Part shown: positions 29,723 to 39,178 of the stretch, piece after piece
How the letters are laid out: each line of letters opens with the position of its first letter
Numbering within the stretch: position 1 is the first letter of the stretch
Origin: Verrucomicrobiia bacterium
Lineage (GTDB): Bacteria > Chloroflexota > Dormibacteria > Aeolococcales > Bog-877
Direction: 5' to 3'
Length of the DNA: 64,000 bases
NCBI GenBank assembly: GCA_035532155.1
Contig: DATKRN010000022.1
Coordinates: 8,078 to 72,077 of the forward strand
Position numbers and translations under genes: made by a program
Notes under the pieces: model-generated
Told to the model about the DNA's origin: nothing
What the model saw: only the letters and a program-made list of their open reading frames with translations
The model's database searches: none

Positions 29723-30373
29723 GAGAGCCTCCTGCGTGGGGGCTGGCAGTGCTCCACCTACGCTCGGAGACTCTCTTCCTCCCTGTCAACAACCTCCGTG
29801 GGCACTGCAGCTAGCCTGCTTTCCGGCGGACGATCTGAAGGATGGCCTCAGTTCGCGCCGAACCCTCGCCTCCAAGGGGACGACCCGTCTGACCACCGGG
29901 CACGCGCTCTGGCCCGGGCAGCCCGGAAATGTTGCCGATCCTGTATCGCCACGATGGGCCGCATCCGAGCTGCTTTGAGATCCTCGTCCGGCATCTGGGA
30001 CCGGCAGGCGCGTGCCCGGCCGCCATCACCTCGACCGTCACTGCGTTTATGAATGGGCAGGTCCGGGCGGGTGGCAGTCCAGACGTGCTGCCGCCGCGGT
30101 CCATCACCGGGGCGCTGCTCGCACTCATAGCCGAGATGGCGCCGGTGCTCGGTCACACCGCCTGCTCCGCTGAGCTGCCCAGCAACGGTCGCTTCAAGCG
30201 GCTAGACGTCGACGGCACTCCTTGGAGACCCGCCGGCTCCGCCTCACGCGGGACTTCGGCCGGGTCGCGGCTCACCTCCGCGGCCGCCCGCAATGGCTCA
30301 GGCTGCGCCGGCTGCGGGCACGTCGCAGTCGGCCCATCGCCCCCGTCGCCGGTCCGTCTGGCGCCCCTGTGAG

Positions 30374-30529
30374 CTACCAGTAGTACCACCGCCCGCCGCG
30401 GGGGCGGAACGCAAAGCCGACAAGCCACAGGATCAGAGCGATGACGGCGATGATCCACAGGAGGTGAATCGAGATTCCGACACCGAAGAGGATAGCGACC
30501 AGCACGAGGAAGCCGAGCAGCGCGATCAC
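30374..30529 (-). CDS. Small membrane protein (51 aa), lmo0937-like family
   Basis: Below the ORF-track size cutoff. Reverse-complementing 30374-30529 gives V/MIALLGFLVLVAILFGVGISIHLLWIIAVIALILWLVGFAFRPRGGRWYYW-stop (two TM, LWLVGF motif). Its GTG overlaps the TGA of the upstream gene. Confidence 0.45.
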   Translation of the reverse strand: MIALLGFLVLVAILFGVGISIHLLWIIAVIALILWLVGFAFRPRGGRWYYW

Positions 30530-30861
30530 ACGTCACCACCCACCAGGGGCCGCCCCTGAGATGACGGGCCGCGATTCGCCATCAGCATGATCAGGCGAGC
30601 CACGATCCACGCGCCGATCGTGTACACGATGATGGCCACGACATCAGCCCAGTGGGTCACGTGGCCGGTGGTAAGGGTCTGCTCGGAGAACGTCCCTTGG
30701 AATGGCGCCGCGATGGAGCCGGCCACCTGGGCGACGAATGAGACGAATCCGGTCTCGTTGGCGGCCAGGATCTTGAAGACGAAGTCCATGGCCAGTACGA
30801 TGTCCACGATCCCGATCGCGAGCCACACAGCCTGGGTCCAGCGCGGACCGGTGTTCAGCAC
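30526..30861 (-). CDS. YggT-like small integral membrane protein
   Basis: ORF 30526..30861 (...WLAIGIVDIVLAMDFVFKILAANETGFVSFVAQVAG...). GC is lower than the window average. GTG start without a clear RBS. Confidence 0.4.
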   Translation of the reverse strand: MLNTGPRWTQAVWLAIGIVDIVLAMDFVFKILAANETGFVSFVAQVAGSIAAPFQGTFSEQTLTTGHVTHWADVVAIIVYTIGAWIVARLIMLMANRGPSSQGRPLVGGDV

Positions 30862-30975
30862 GGTCGTGCGCGTGCGCCGGAATCGCTCGCGGGATTGGAT
30901 GGGGAGTCCAGGTGCGCTCGGTGGCGACGTCGACGACTGCTCGACGATCGCCTCCTCAGTTTGAACGTCGCGACT

Positions 30976-30979
30976 CTAA
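30976..30979. repeat. Target-site duplication CTAA (left copy) of the IS5-family element. The right copy is at 32348-32351.
   Basis: Identical tetranucleotides immediately outside both terminal inverted repeats. YTAR-type targets are typical of IS5-group elements. Confidence 0.55.
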
Positions 30980-32347
30980 CAGGGTGCTGAAAAACCAGCC
31001 ATCATCACCGGCCCCCGAGCGCTCTCGGATGTGAGAGTCTTGGTCCAGCGAGTTGGTCTGAGGAGGACAGGTGATGCGGGGACCGGTGATCTACCAGACG
31101 GCGATGCTGTCCGCCGTCACCACCGAGGATCTGGTACCCACGGACCACCCCATTCGCCGGATCAAGCCGGTGGTGGACGCCATCCTGGTCGACCTCGAGC
31201 CCACCTTCCGGCAGATGTACTCGGTCATCGGGCGGCCGAGCATCCCGCCCGAGCATCTGCTCAAGAGCACGGTGCTGATGGCGATGTACTCGGTGCGGAG
31301 CGAGCGCCAGTTCTGTGAGCGGCTCCAGTACGACATGCTGTTCCGCTGGTTTCTCGACCTGGGCATCGAAGACCGTGTCTTCGTCCCCACCACCTTCACC
31401 AAGAACCGCGAGCGGCTGCTCACCCACGAGGGGGCGGACACGTTCTTCCAGGCCTCGGTGGAGCAGGCGCGGCTGCGCGGCTACGTCTCGGACGAGCATT
31501 TCACCGCCGACGGCAGCCTGCTCGAGGCATGGGCCTCGGTCAAGAGCTTCACGCCCCGCACCGAGAGCGGCCACGGGTCGGCCGCCAGCGGTGGCGGCGC
31601 TGGGCGCGATCCCGAGGTGGACTTCCACGGGGAGAAGCGGAGCAACGCGACCCATCAGTCCACCACCGATCCCGAGGCCTTGCTGATGCGCAAGAGCAAG
31701 GCCCACGCGGCCAAGCTCTCCTACGCCGATCACGTCCTGATGGAGAACCGCTCCGGCCTCATCGTCGCGACGGAACTCACCCCGGCGACCGGGTACGCCG
31801 AGCGCGACACCGCGATCGCGCTGCTCACGCGGCTGCCCGGCGCGGGCCGGCAGCGCCGCACCCTCGGCGTCGACAAGGGGTATGACACCCGTGACTTCGT
31901 GAAGGGGTGCCGCGCGCTCAAGGTCACCCCTCACGTGGCCCAGAATGTGAGCGGGCGCCGCAGCGCCATCGACGACCGGACCACCCGCCATACGGGATAC
32001 GCGGTCAGCCAACGGATCCGCAAGCGGGTGGAGGAGATCTTCGGCTGGAAGAAGACCGTGGGCGGCTGCCGCAAGCTTCGCTTCGTGGGCCGGAAGCGCA
32101 ATCGCATCTGGACCCTGTTCAGCGGAGCGACGTTCAACCTCACCCGGATCGCCACCCTCGATCGTGACGCCGCCCTCCGGGCGGCATGAGGGCGCCGGGA
32201 GCGGCCGCGCGGAGCGAGCCGGGGGCTCCGGCGGGCGGTCCAGCCGCCACCCCGGAGGCCGCCACGGGGCGACGAGCGCCTCGGGCCGCTGACCGCGACC
32301 AGCTTGGCGGCCCAGACATCTCGTGAGGTCGCTATTTCAGCACCCTG
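30980..32347. mobile_element. IS5-family insertion sequence (~1.37 kb), intact
   Basis: Perfect 13-bp terminal inverted repeats CAGGGTGCTGAAA at 30980-30992 and (reverse complement) 32335-32347. One transposase ORF. Flanked by 4-bp direct repeats CTAA at 30976-30979 and 32348-32351. Confidence 0.7.
31071..32189 (+). CDS. IS5-family (DDE_Tnp_1) transposase
   Basis: ORF with an RBS GGAGGA upstream, a DDE-type core (...GVDKGYDTRDF...), and the C-terminal ...EEIFGWKKTVGGCRKLRFVGRKRN.... Confidence 0.85.
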   Translation: MMRGPVIYQTAMLSAVTTEDLVPTDHPIRRIKPVVDAILVDLEPTFRQMYSVIGRPSIPPEHLLKSTVLMAMYSVRSERQFCERLQYDMLFRWFLDLGIEDRVFVPTTFTKNRERLLTHEGADTFFQASVEQARLRGYVSDEHFTADGSLLEAWASVKSFTPRTESGHGSAASGGGAGRDPEVDFHGEKRSNATHQSTTDPEALLMRKSKAHAAKLSYADHVLMENRSGLIVATELTPATGYAERDTAIALLTRLPGAGRQRRTLGVDKGYDTRDFVKGCRALKVTPHVAQNVSGRRSAIDDRTTRHTGYAVSQRIRKRVEEIFGWKKTVGGCRKLRFVGRKRNRIWTLFSGATFNLTRIATLDRDAALRAA

Positions 32348-32994
32348 CTAATCCATGGCTATCGCCTCCTTGGATGCGGCAACGCGAGCTCCCTCCAAAC
32401 CCTTGGGTGAGGAAACCATGCGATTTTGGCGGCCACCGAGGAGTGCCCCGCGCTCACTGGTCATCAGTAATCCAATCATATCTCGAAGGGTCATCCTCAA
32501 TCGAGGATCGTCTGTCGGAACGAGGGCGTCGGTCTGCTGGCGTGCCGAGCGGACGACCACCTCGGGGCTGGCTCCCACGCGGATTGGGATCAGCGCGCCA
32601 ATCGCTTGTACGAAGCCGTCGACCTGATGGATGCTCGGCGACTTGGCGATCGGGCGCCGGATCGGGGCCTTGTGGCCTGAGCTGACCGAGCGGCAGGGCC
32701 GGTGATCAGATAGACCACGCCCTCGCCCCGGTCGTGCAGCGCACGGTGCTCGCTGGCGTGACTGATGGCGTCCGAGTTCACGGCGCCGAGGCCCCGGCGG
32801 TAGGCCAAGCTGCCAAGGGCGTGCAGCCCCGCGTGGTCCTCGACCTGGTGGCTGCCTGACTCCACCACGACGCGGGCGGTCTTGGTCGCCTTCATCTGCG
32901 ACCCGCCTACCTGGTTGGAGTGGCTGCCGTCTCGACCACACCGGTGTCCCTCTCCGGAGGGAATTTCTGCAGCTTCACACCCCGCGATCGTCAA
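32348..32994 (-). other. Coding remnant(s) between prs and the IS5 element. Two overlapping partial frames. The downstream frame's TAG stop lies within the CTAA target duplication.
   Basis: ORFs 32590..32994 and 32348..32941 sit in different frames; both read as plausible protein in parts. The function was not recognised. Possibly one frameshifted gene. Confidence 0.25.
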
Positions 32995-33013
32995 CCCCCG
33001 TGAAGGCTGGCAG

Positions 33014-33965
33014 CTAGCGGAACAGCTCGGAGACGCTGCGGCCCTCGTGCACCCGCACGATCGCCTCCGCGATCAGGGGCGCGACCGAGACCTGACGGAG
33101 CTTGGGGAAGCGGAGCGCCCCGCTGGGCAAGGGGATGCTGTCGGTCACGACCACCTCGTCGATGGGCGCATCGCTGAGCCGCTCCAGCGCCCCCTCGGCG
33201 AGCACCCCGTGGGTGGCGAGCACGTCCACCGAATGCGCCCCCTTGGAGCGGAGCGCGTGAGCGGCGCCGACCAGAGTGGCCCCGGTGCCCACCAGGTCAT
33301 CCACCACCACGCAGGAGCAGCCCTCGACGTCGCCGATCACGTTGACGATCTCGACGTCGTCGTCGCGCGGACGGCGCTTGTCAATGATCGCCAGCGGCCG
33401 GTCGAGCCGGCGCGCGATCGAACGGGCCCGGGCGGTACCGCCGACGTCCGGCGACACCACCACCAGATCGTCCTCGGGGTGACGCTCCTGGATGTGGCCG
33501 GCGAGGATCTTGCTGGCGGTGAGGGAGTCCACCGGGATGTCGAAGAAGCCCTGGATCGCCTCGGCGTGCAGATCGAGTGCGATCACTCGCTGCGCCCCCG
33601 CCACCTGCACGAAGTTCGCCATCAGCTTGGCCGATATGGGGTCGCGGGGCTGGGTCTTCTTCTCCTTGCGGGCGTAGCCGTAGTAGGGGATCACGGCATT
33701 GATGCGCGCGGCGCTGGCGCGACGCAGGGCGTCGAGAATGATGAAGAGCTCCATGTAGGTGTTATTGACCGGGTGGCAGGTCGGCTGGATCAGGAAGACG
33801 TCGTGCTCGCGCACCGATGCCGCGATTTTCACGTCGAACTCCCCGTCGGCGAAGCGGGTGACCGCCATCGGGGTCAGCGGCAGCCCCACCTCGGCCGCGA
33901 TCCGGCGCCCCAGCTCGGGATGGGCGGTTCCGCAGAGCAGCATGAGGCTGTCATCCGCGTGACTC
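33014..33965 (-). CDS. prs: Ribose-phosphate pyrophosphokinase
   Basis: This is the C-terminal 317 aa of ORF 33014..35812 from ATG (MSHADDSLMLLCG...). PRPP synthetase motifs are present (...DLHAEAIQGFFDIPVD...VVSPDVGG...VDDLVGTGATL...). RBS GGGAGGGG. Confidence 0.85.
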
Positions 33966-35415
33966 ATCCCGGTTCCCCTCCCGGTGTCCGGTCCGCCGCC
34001 CGGGCCGGCGGCCGAGCCTCCCCATTGTCGCGGCTCGCCGGTGCGCGCCGCCCGGCGCGCCGCGCGACCCAGCCGAGCAGGGTGCGCTGGCGAGCCCGTG
34101 CCAGCCCGAGTGACCCCGCCGGGACGTCCCGGGTGATCACTGAGCCGGCCCCGGTATAGGCGCCAGCGCCGACGGTCACCGGGGCCACCAGGATGGTGTC
34201 GCTGCCGACGCGGGCCCCGTCGCCAATGACGGTGGCGTGCTTGTCCCGACCGTCCCAGTTGGCGGTGATCGTCCCGGCACCCACGTTCACGTCGCGGCCC
34301 AGGGTGGCGTCCCCGAGGTAGGTGAGGTGGGGGACCAGGCTGTGCGGGCCGACCCGGCTGCGCGCCACCTCGGTGAAGGTGCCGAGACGGCTGTGGTCCT
34401 CCAGCACCGACCCCGGGCGGATCCGATTGAAGGGTCCGATCGTGACCCCGTCGCCGAGGCGGCAACCGGCGAGGTGGGCGGTGGCGATCCGGCAGCGGTC
34501 GCCGGCCTCGGTGTCCTCCAGCTGGGCGAAGGGGCCGACCACGCAGGCGCGTCCGAGACGAGTCCGCCCGGCCAGCACGCTCCCCGGCCGGAGCACGGAG
34601 TCGGGCCCCACCTCGACGCCGGCGTCGACGTAGGTGGTGGCCGGGTCCTCCACCGTGACCCCGCTGCGCATGAGCCGGGTCAGCACCCGCCGGCGCAGGC
34701 TCGCCGCCGCCGCCGCGAGCTGGACCCGATCGTTGACCCCCAGCATCTCCTCGGGGTCGCCGAGCTCGACGGTGGCGACCCGGCCCAGCCGCGCGGGCGC
34801 GTCGGTGAGGTAGATCTCCTGCTGGGCGTTGTCGCTGCCAAGCCGATCCAGCGCATCCCAGAGTGCGGCGGGGGCGAAGACGTAGGCCCCGGTGTTCACC
34901 TCCACGGTCGGACCGGGGCCCGGGTCGGGTCGCGGCAGCGCGGGCAGGTCTGGCTCCTCCACCACCCTCACGAAGGCGCCCTCGGGGTCGCGGAGCACCC
35001 GCCCGTAGCCCGTGGGGTCGGCCGTCATCGCGGTGAGCAGGACCGCGTCGACGCCGCCCGCCTCGAAGCGGTCCAGCAGCCGCCGGACGGTCTCGCTTCG
35101 CAGCAAGGGGACATCTCCGTAGAGGACCACCACGGGGTCGTCCCCGGCCAGCAGCGGCCGGGCGGCCCGCACCGCGTCGCCGGTCCCGCGAGGCTCGGGT
35201 TGCTCGACGACGGTCGCCCGACCCTCGAGGTGCTGGCGGAGCGCCTGCGCCCCGGGGGCGACCACCACCACCGGCGGGAGCGGCCCCGCGTCGCGAGCCG
35301 CCTCCAGCACCCAGTCGATCAGCGGGAGGCCGCAGGCGGGATGGAGCACCTTGGGCAGTTGGGAGCGCATCCGGGTGCCGCGGCCGGCCGCCAGGATCAC
35401 CACGCGCGCGGCCAT
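33964..35415 (-). CDS. glmU: Bifunctional UDP-N-acetylglucosamine pyrophosphorylase / glucosamine-1-phosphate N-acetyltransferase
   Basis: N-terminus ...VVILAAGRGTRMRS..PKVLHP.... C-terminal left-handed beta-helix hexapeptide repeats. Overlaps the prs start. Conserved glmU-prs order. Confidence 0.85.
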   Translation of the reverse strand: MAARVVILAAGRGTRMRSQLPKVLHPACGLPLIDWVLEAARDAGPLPPVVVVAPGAQALRQHLEGRATVVEQPEPRGTGDAVRAARPLLAGDDPVVVLYGDVPLLRSETVRRLLDRFEAGGVDAVLLTAMTADPTGYGRVLRDPEGAFVRVVEEPDLPALPRPDPGPGPTVEVNTGAYVFAPAALWDALDRLGSDNAQQEIYLTDAPARLGRVATVELGDPEEMLGVNDRVQLAAAAASLRRRVLTRLMRSGVTVEDPATTYVDAGVEVGPDSVLRPGSVLAGRTRLGRACVVGPFAQLEDTEAGDRCRIATAHLAGCRLGDGVTIGPFNRIRPGSVLEDHSRLGTFTEVARSRVGPHSLVPHLTYLGDATLGRDVNVGAGTITANWDGRDKHATVIGDGARVGSDTILVAPVTVGAGAYTGAGSVITRDVPAGSLGLARARQRTLLGWVARRAGRRAPASRDNGEARPPARAADRTPGGEPG

Positions 35416-35534
35416 CGGCTCGTCCTCCCCGCGCCCGCCTCCGGGGGGGGCGACCCCGCCGGAGGCGGGCGCCCGCCAGCGGGGCGGAGTATACCCGGGC
35501 CCGCCGCGACCGGCCGGAAGGGTATCCTCCCGGC

Positions 35535-36344
35535 GTGGCAGGCGCCGACGAGGCGGAGCAAGGGCCGTGCGTGCGTCGCGACCAGCCCGCGGCGGGAGTG
35601 GTGCGGCTCACCCTCGACCGCCCGGAGCAGCGCAACGCCCTGACCCACGAGATGGGGGCCGCGCTCCGCGCGGAATGTGCGCGGATCCGCGAGGAGGCCA
35701 CCGCCCGGGCGGTGGTGGTGACCGGGACCGGGCCGGCGTTCTGCGCCGGGGCCGACCTCGGGGCACTGGGCCGCAGCGGCGACGGCTGGGACCAGCGCCG
35801 CCAAGCGCTCACCGCCTACTATCGCGCCTTCCTCGATCTGCGCGACCTCCCCATCCCCTCGGTGGCGGCAGTCGGCGGTGCCGCGGTCGGCGCCGGTCTC
35901 AACCTCGCGCTCAGCTGCGATCTGCGGGTGGCGGGCCGACGGGCGCGCTTCGCGGCCTCGTTTGTGCGGGTGGGAATTCACCCCGGCGGCGGTTGCACCT
36001 GGTTCCTCACCCAGACCGTGGGGCCGGCGCGCACCCGCGAGCTGCTCCTGCTGGGTGAGATGGTGGACGCCGAGAGGGCGGAGCGGATCGGGCTCGTCAA
36101 CCGCGTGGTGGACGACGACCGAGTTCAGGCCGAGGCGGTCTCCCTGGCCGCCCAGCTCGCCGCCGGCCCCGGCGACGTGGTCCGCAACATCCGGCAGGCG
36201 GTGACACTGGCCCAGTCGCACGGGCTCGACGCGGTGGTGGCGTTCGAGACCGGGGCGCAGGCCGCCTCGCTCATGTCCGAGGACGCCCGCGAGGGTTGGC
36301 AGGCGTTCTTGGAGAAGCGTAGGGCGGTGTTCGGCCCGCGCTGA
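35535..36344 (+). CDS. Enoyl-CoA hydratase/isomerase (crotonase) family protein
   Basis: ...VVVTGTGPAFCAGADLG...AAVGGAAVGAGLNLALSCDLRVA.... The start codon is uncertain (GTG at 35535 or an internal GTG). Confidence 0.7.
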   Translation: MAGADEAEQGPCVRRDQPAAGVVRLTLDRPEQRNALTHEMGAALRAECARIREEATARAVVVTGTGPAFCAGADLGALGRSGDGWDQRRQALTAYYRAFLDLRDLPIPSVAAVGGAAVGAGLNLALSCDLRVAGRRARFAASFVRVGIHPGGGCTWFLTQTVGPARTRELLLLGEMVDAERAERIGLVNRVVDDDRVQAEAVSLAAQLAAGPGDVVRNIRQAVTLAQSHGLDAVVAFETGAQAASLMSEDAREGWQAFLEKRRAVFGPR

Positions 36345-36347
36345 CGG

Positions 36348-37841
36348 TCAGAAGAGCCCCGGCACCAGCGGCGCCGGGGTGAGGTGGCGGGCGCGGATCA
36401 GGCTGACCAGCCGCTGCAGCTCGCCCGTGAGCCCCGGATCCCAGTGCAGCAGGATGATCTCGCCGGCCTCAAGCGGCTCGCCGTTCCAAGTTTGGATGCG
36501 CCCGTTGGTATCCGTGGCGCTCCAGAGCACGATTCCTCGCAGCCCCGCCAGCCGGGCCGCCCGCAGCACCGACGGGTCGGCGTCTCCGTAGGGGGGCCGG
36601 CCCAGCGTGGGGGACCTCCCCAGCCACCGCTGCAACCGCACCCGGTTGGCGGCCCACTGCAGCAGGGCGCCGCGGGGCGTCAGGGTGTTGAGGTCGGGGT
36701 GGGACACCGTGTGGTCCTCGATCACCCCCCCGGCGGCCACGAAGGCCCGCCAGAAGGGAATGTCCTCGCGGACCGCGTCCGCGATCAGGAAGGTGGTGAT
36801 GGGGAGGTGGAAGCGGCGCATCAGCCGGAGCACCCCTACGCTGGGAAACCAGCCGTCGTCGATGGTGATGTAGAGGCGACCCCTGGCCGGGTTCCCGAAG
36901 GAGTAGACCGGAATCGTCGGACCGGGTGGAGACCCGGGCCGCCCCCCTCGCGGCCGCCGGGCGCGGCGGCCGGGTGATCGGCGCGGGGAGGGCAGCAGGA
37001 GCGCGACCGCCCCGGAGGCGACCAAAGCCCCGTCGCGTCCCGCCAGCGGCGCGGCCGCGGGCACGACCACCCTGAGCCGGCCGCCCCGGGGCCACCCCGA
37101 GCGGGGCACGAAGCGTAGCGTCGAGGTGCCCACCGTCTCCCACCGGCCCGCCACCGCCGGGGCGAGCGGTAGGCCGGCCCGGCCTCGCCCCCAGCGAATC
37201 GGCTGAGCGAACCGCACCAGCAGCGGGGTGCGCCGGCCCAGGCGCGCCGGGCCGGCGGTCCACGCGACCGCCGCCAGCGGTGGAATCCGGACCACCAGCT
37301 GGGTCTGCTCACCGTCCCGGGCGGTGACCCGCAGGCGCAGCCGCTGCGGTCGCGCGGTGCGCGCCAGCCGAACCGCCGTCCCGGTGGCGGCAACCACCCC
37401 GGGCGCGGCGCGACCGGGGGCAGCGAGCACCGCCCCGACCCGGACGTCGAAGCGAAGCTCCAGCGTGCGGGCCGCGAGCCGACTCAGGCGCAGCTGGGGA
37501 GCGGGTGGGACCCGCAGCGTGACCAGCTCCGTTCGCGGCGGCAGACCCGCCAGCTCCACCCGCTCGCGCACGCGTTCGCCGGGACGGAGCTGCTGGACGG
37601 CGTGCTGACCCCGCCGTCTCCCCGCCAGCTCGAGCCCCGCGTGGTCGAGGAGCCAGCCCGCCAGCGGCCCCGACCCGACGGCCAGGCCCAGCTGCAGCCG
37701 GTTGTCGGCGGGGCGCAGGCGCCAGCTCAGGCGGGGCTGGCCGACCGCCACCGCGACTCCGAGCAGGGCGACCCCGGCGAGCCCAGCCAGCGTGACAACC
37801 GCCGCCCGCCGGCGCGGACGTCGGCCCCCCGGCCCCGGCAC
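36348..37841 (-). CDS. Membrane-anchored polysaccharide deacetylase (CE4/NodB) family protein
   Basis: This is the C-terminal part of ORF 36348..38813. The GTG at ~37841 follows GGAGG. A TM anchor ...AAVVTLAGLAGVALLGVAVAVG is followed by an extracellular region and a C-terminal NodB domain (...RLYITIDDGWFP...IEDHTVSHPDL...). The upstream 320 codons overlap nth and are an artefact. Confidence 0.65.
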   Translation of the reverse strand: MPGPGGRRPRRRAAVVTLAGLAGVALLGVAVAVGQPRLSWRLRPADNRLQLGLAVGSGPLAGWLLDHAGLELAGRRRGQHAVQQLRPGERVRERVELAGLPPRTELVTLRVPPAPQLRLSRLAARTLELRFDVRVGAVLAAPGRAAPGVVAATGTAVRLARTARPQRLRLRVTARDGEQTQLVVRIPPLAAVAWTAGPARLGRRTPLLVRFAQPIRWGRGRAGLPLAPAVAGRWETVGTSTLRFVPRSGWPRGGRLRVVVPAAAPLAGRDGALVASGAVALLLPSPRRSPGRRARRPRGGRPGSPPGPTIPVYSFGNPARGRLYITIDDGWFPSVGVLRLMRRFHLPITTFLIADAVREDIPFWRAFVAAGGVIEDHTVSHPDLNTLTPRGALLQWAANRVRLQRWLGRSPTLGRPPYGDADPSVLRAARLAGLRGIVLWSATDTNGRIQTWNGEPLEAGEIILLHWDPGLTGELQRLVSLIRARHLTPAPLVPGLF

Positions 37842-37912
37842 CCCTCGACCTCCCCCTGGCGGCCCCAACCCATCCGGCCTCTGCGCGGGCAACGGGACCC
37901 GAGCCCCGGCGG

Positions 37913-38599
37913 TTACGCGGGCAGCCGCCCCGAGGTCGCCCGCCGGCCCCGAGCGAGCGGGGAGCCCGGACACCAAGCCACCAGCAGGCAGGCGGAGCAG
38001 CGCGGCCGGTTGGCGATGCAGACCCGCCGACCGTGCTCGATCAGGCGCAGACCGACGCGGGTCCACTGCGAGCGGGGCAGCATCGCACACACCTGCTGCT
38101 CGATCGCCACCGGGTCGCGAGTGGCGACCACGCCGAGGAGATTGGTGAGTCGGATGACGTGGGTGTCGACCGCCAGCCCAGGAATGCCGAAGCCCACGCC
38201 GAGGACGACATTGGCCGTCTTGCGCCCGACCCCGGGCAGCCGGGTCAGCTCGGCCATGTGGCGGGGCACGGCACCCTGATGGCGCTGCTCCAGGGCGAGG
38301 CCGAGCGCCACCAGGGTGCGCGCCTTGACCCGAAAGAACCCCGTCGGCCGGATCAGCGCCTCCAGCTCGATCACATCCGCCCGGGCGAGGTCCCGGGCGG
38401 ACGGGAAGCGGGCGAACAGCCCGGGGGTGACCTGGTTCACCCGCTCGTCGGTGGTCTGGGCGGAGAGCACGGTCGCCACCAACAGCTGGAGGGGTCCGTC
38501 GTGGACCAGGGCACAGCGGCCGGGGTACGCGCTGGCGAGAGCGCGGCACGCGGCCCGGGCACGGCCCGCCGGCGTGCGCGGTCGAGACGCCGAGGCCAT
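37913..38599 (-). CDS. nth: Endonuclease III
   Basis: HhH-GPD motif (...LPGVGRKTANVVL...) and an Fe-S cluster C-x6-C-x2-C-x5-C (CIANRPRCSACLLVAWC). Confidence 0.85.
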   Translation of the reverse strand: MASASRPRTPAGRARAACRALASAYPGRCALVHDGPLQLLVATVLSAQTTDERVNQVTPGLFARFPSARDLARADVIELEALIRPTGFFRVKARTLVALGLALEQRHQGAVPRHMAELTRLPGVGRKTANVVLGVGFGIPGLAVDTHVIRLTNLLGVVATRDPVAIEQQVCAMLPRSQWTRVGLRLIEHGRRVCIANRPRCSACLLVAWCPGSPLARGRRATSGRLPA

Positions 38600-38688
38600 C
38601 GGGCCATCCTACCCACCCCGGGGGCTGCCCCGACCCCGCAGCGCCGGGCTCCCGAGGGGAGCACCCGGAGCCGGTATCCTCAGGGGCC

Positions 38689-39177
38689 ATGGGGCGCACA
38701 CGGCGCGCGCGCGCAGGGTGGATCCCGCGCCGGCTGCCCGCCCTGGCGGGTGCCCTCGGGCTGGCGCTGGCGCTCGCCGGGTGCGGGGCCTTCGGCTCGG
38801 TGGGAAACCCCACCGACGCCCATGTGCCGTTCGCGCCCGGCGCGGTGCCGCCTCACAGCGCGACCAACCTCGCCCTGCGCCCCCTCCCGGGGCCGCTGGC
38901 GCACCCCGACTACACGGTGATCATCTACCACAGCGTCAACACCGTCGGCGAGTTCGCCCCCGAGAACCTCACCGTCCCGGTCGGGTCGAGCGTCCAGTGG
39001 GTGTGGACCGATCACTACGATCTCCACAATGTGTGGTGGATCGATCAGACCCTCGTCAACTCCCCCACCCGGGGCTCCGGATTCCGCTGGGCGGTCCGGT
39101 TCACCCACCGCGGGGTGTACGAGTACTACTGCACGCTCCACCCGGGCATGATCGGCCGGGTGGTGGTCACCGGCTAG
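38689..39177 (+). CDS. Cupredoxin (plastocyanin/azurin-like type-1 copper) lipoprotein
   Basis: Lipobox LAGCG. Type-1 Cu ligand pattern ...H...C-x2-H-x4-M (YEYYCTLHPGMIGRVVV). Confidence 0.7.
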   Translation: MGRTRRARAGWIPRRLPALAGALGLALALAGCGAFGSVGNPTDAHVPFAPGAVPPHSATNLALRPLPGPLAHPDYTVIIYHSVNTVGEFAPENLTVPVGSSVQWVWTDHYDLHNVWWIDQTLVNSPTRGSGFRWAVRFTHRGVYEYYCTLHPGMIGRVVVTG

Positions 39178-39178
39178 G

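Noticed and set aside
33014-35812. The 932-aa minus-strand ORF, and ORFs 34237..35643 + and 35397..36221 -
   Set aside because: They are composites. Only the prs part (33014..33965) is genuine. glmU lies in a different frame (33964..35415). The others are antisense or alternate-frame.
36348-38813. The N-terminal ~320 codons of the 821-aa ORF, and plus-strand ORFs 37602..38279 and 38033..38920
   Set aside because: They overlap nth in other frames. The CE4 protein starts at the GTG near 37841 after a GGAGG RBS.
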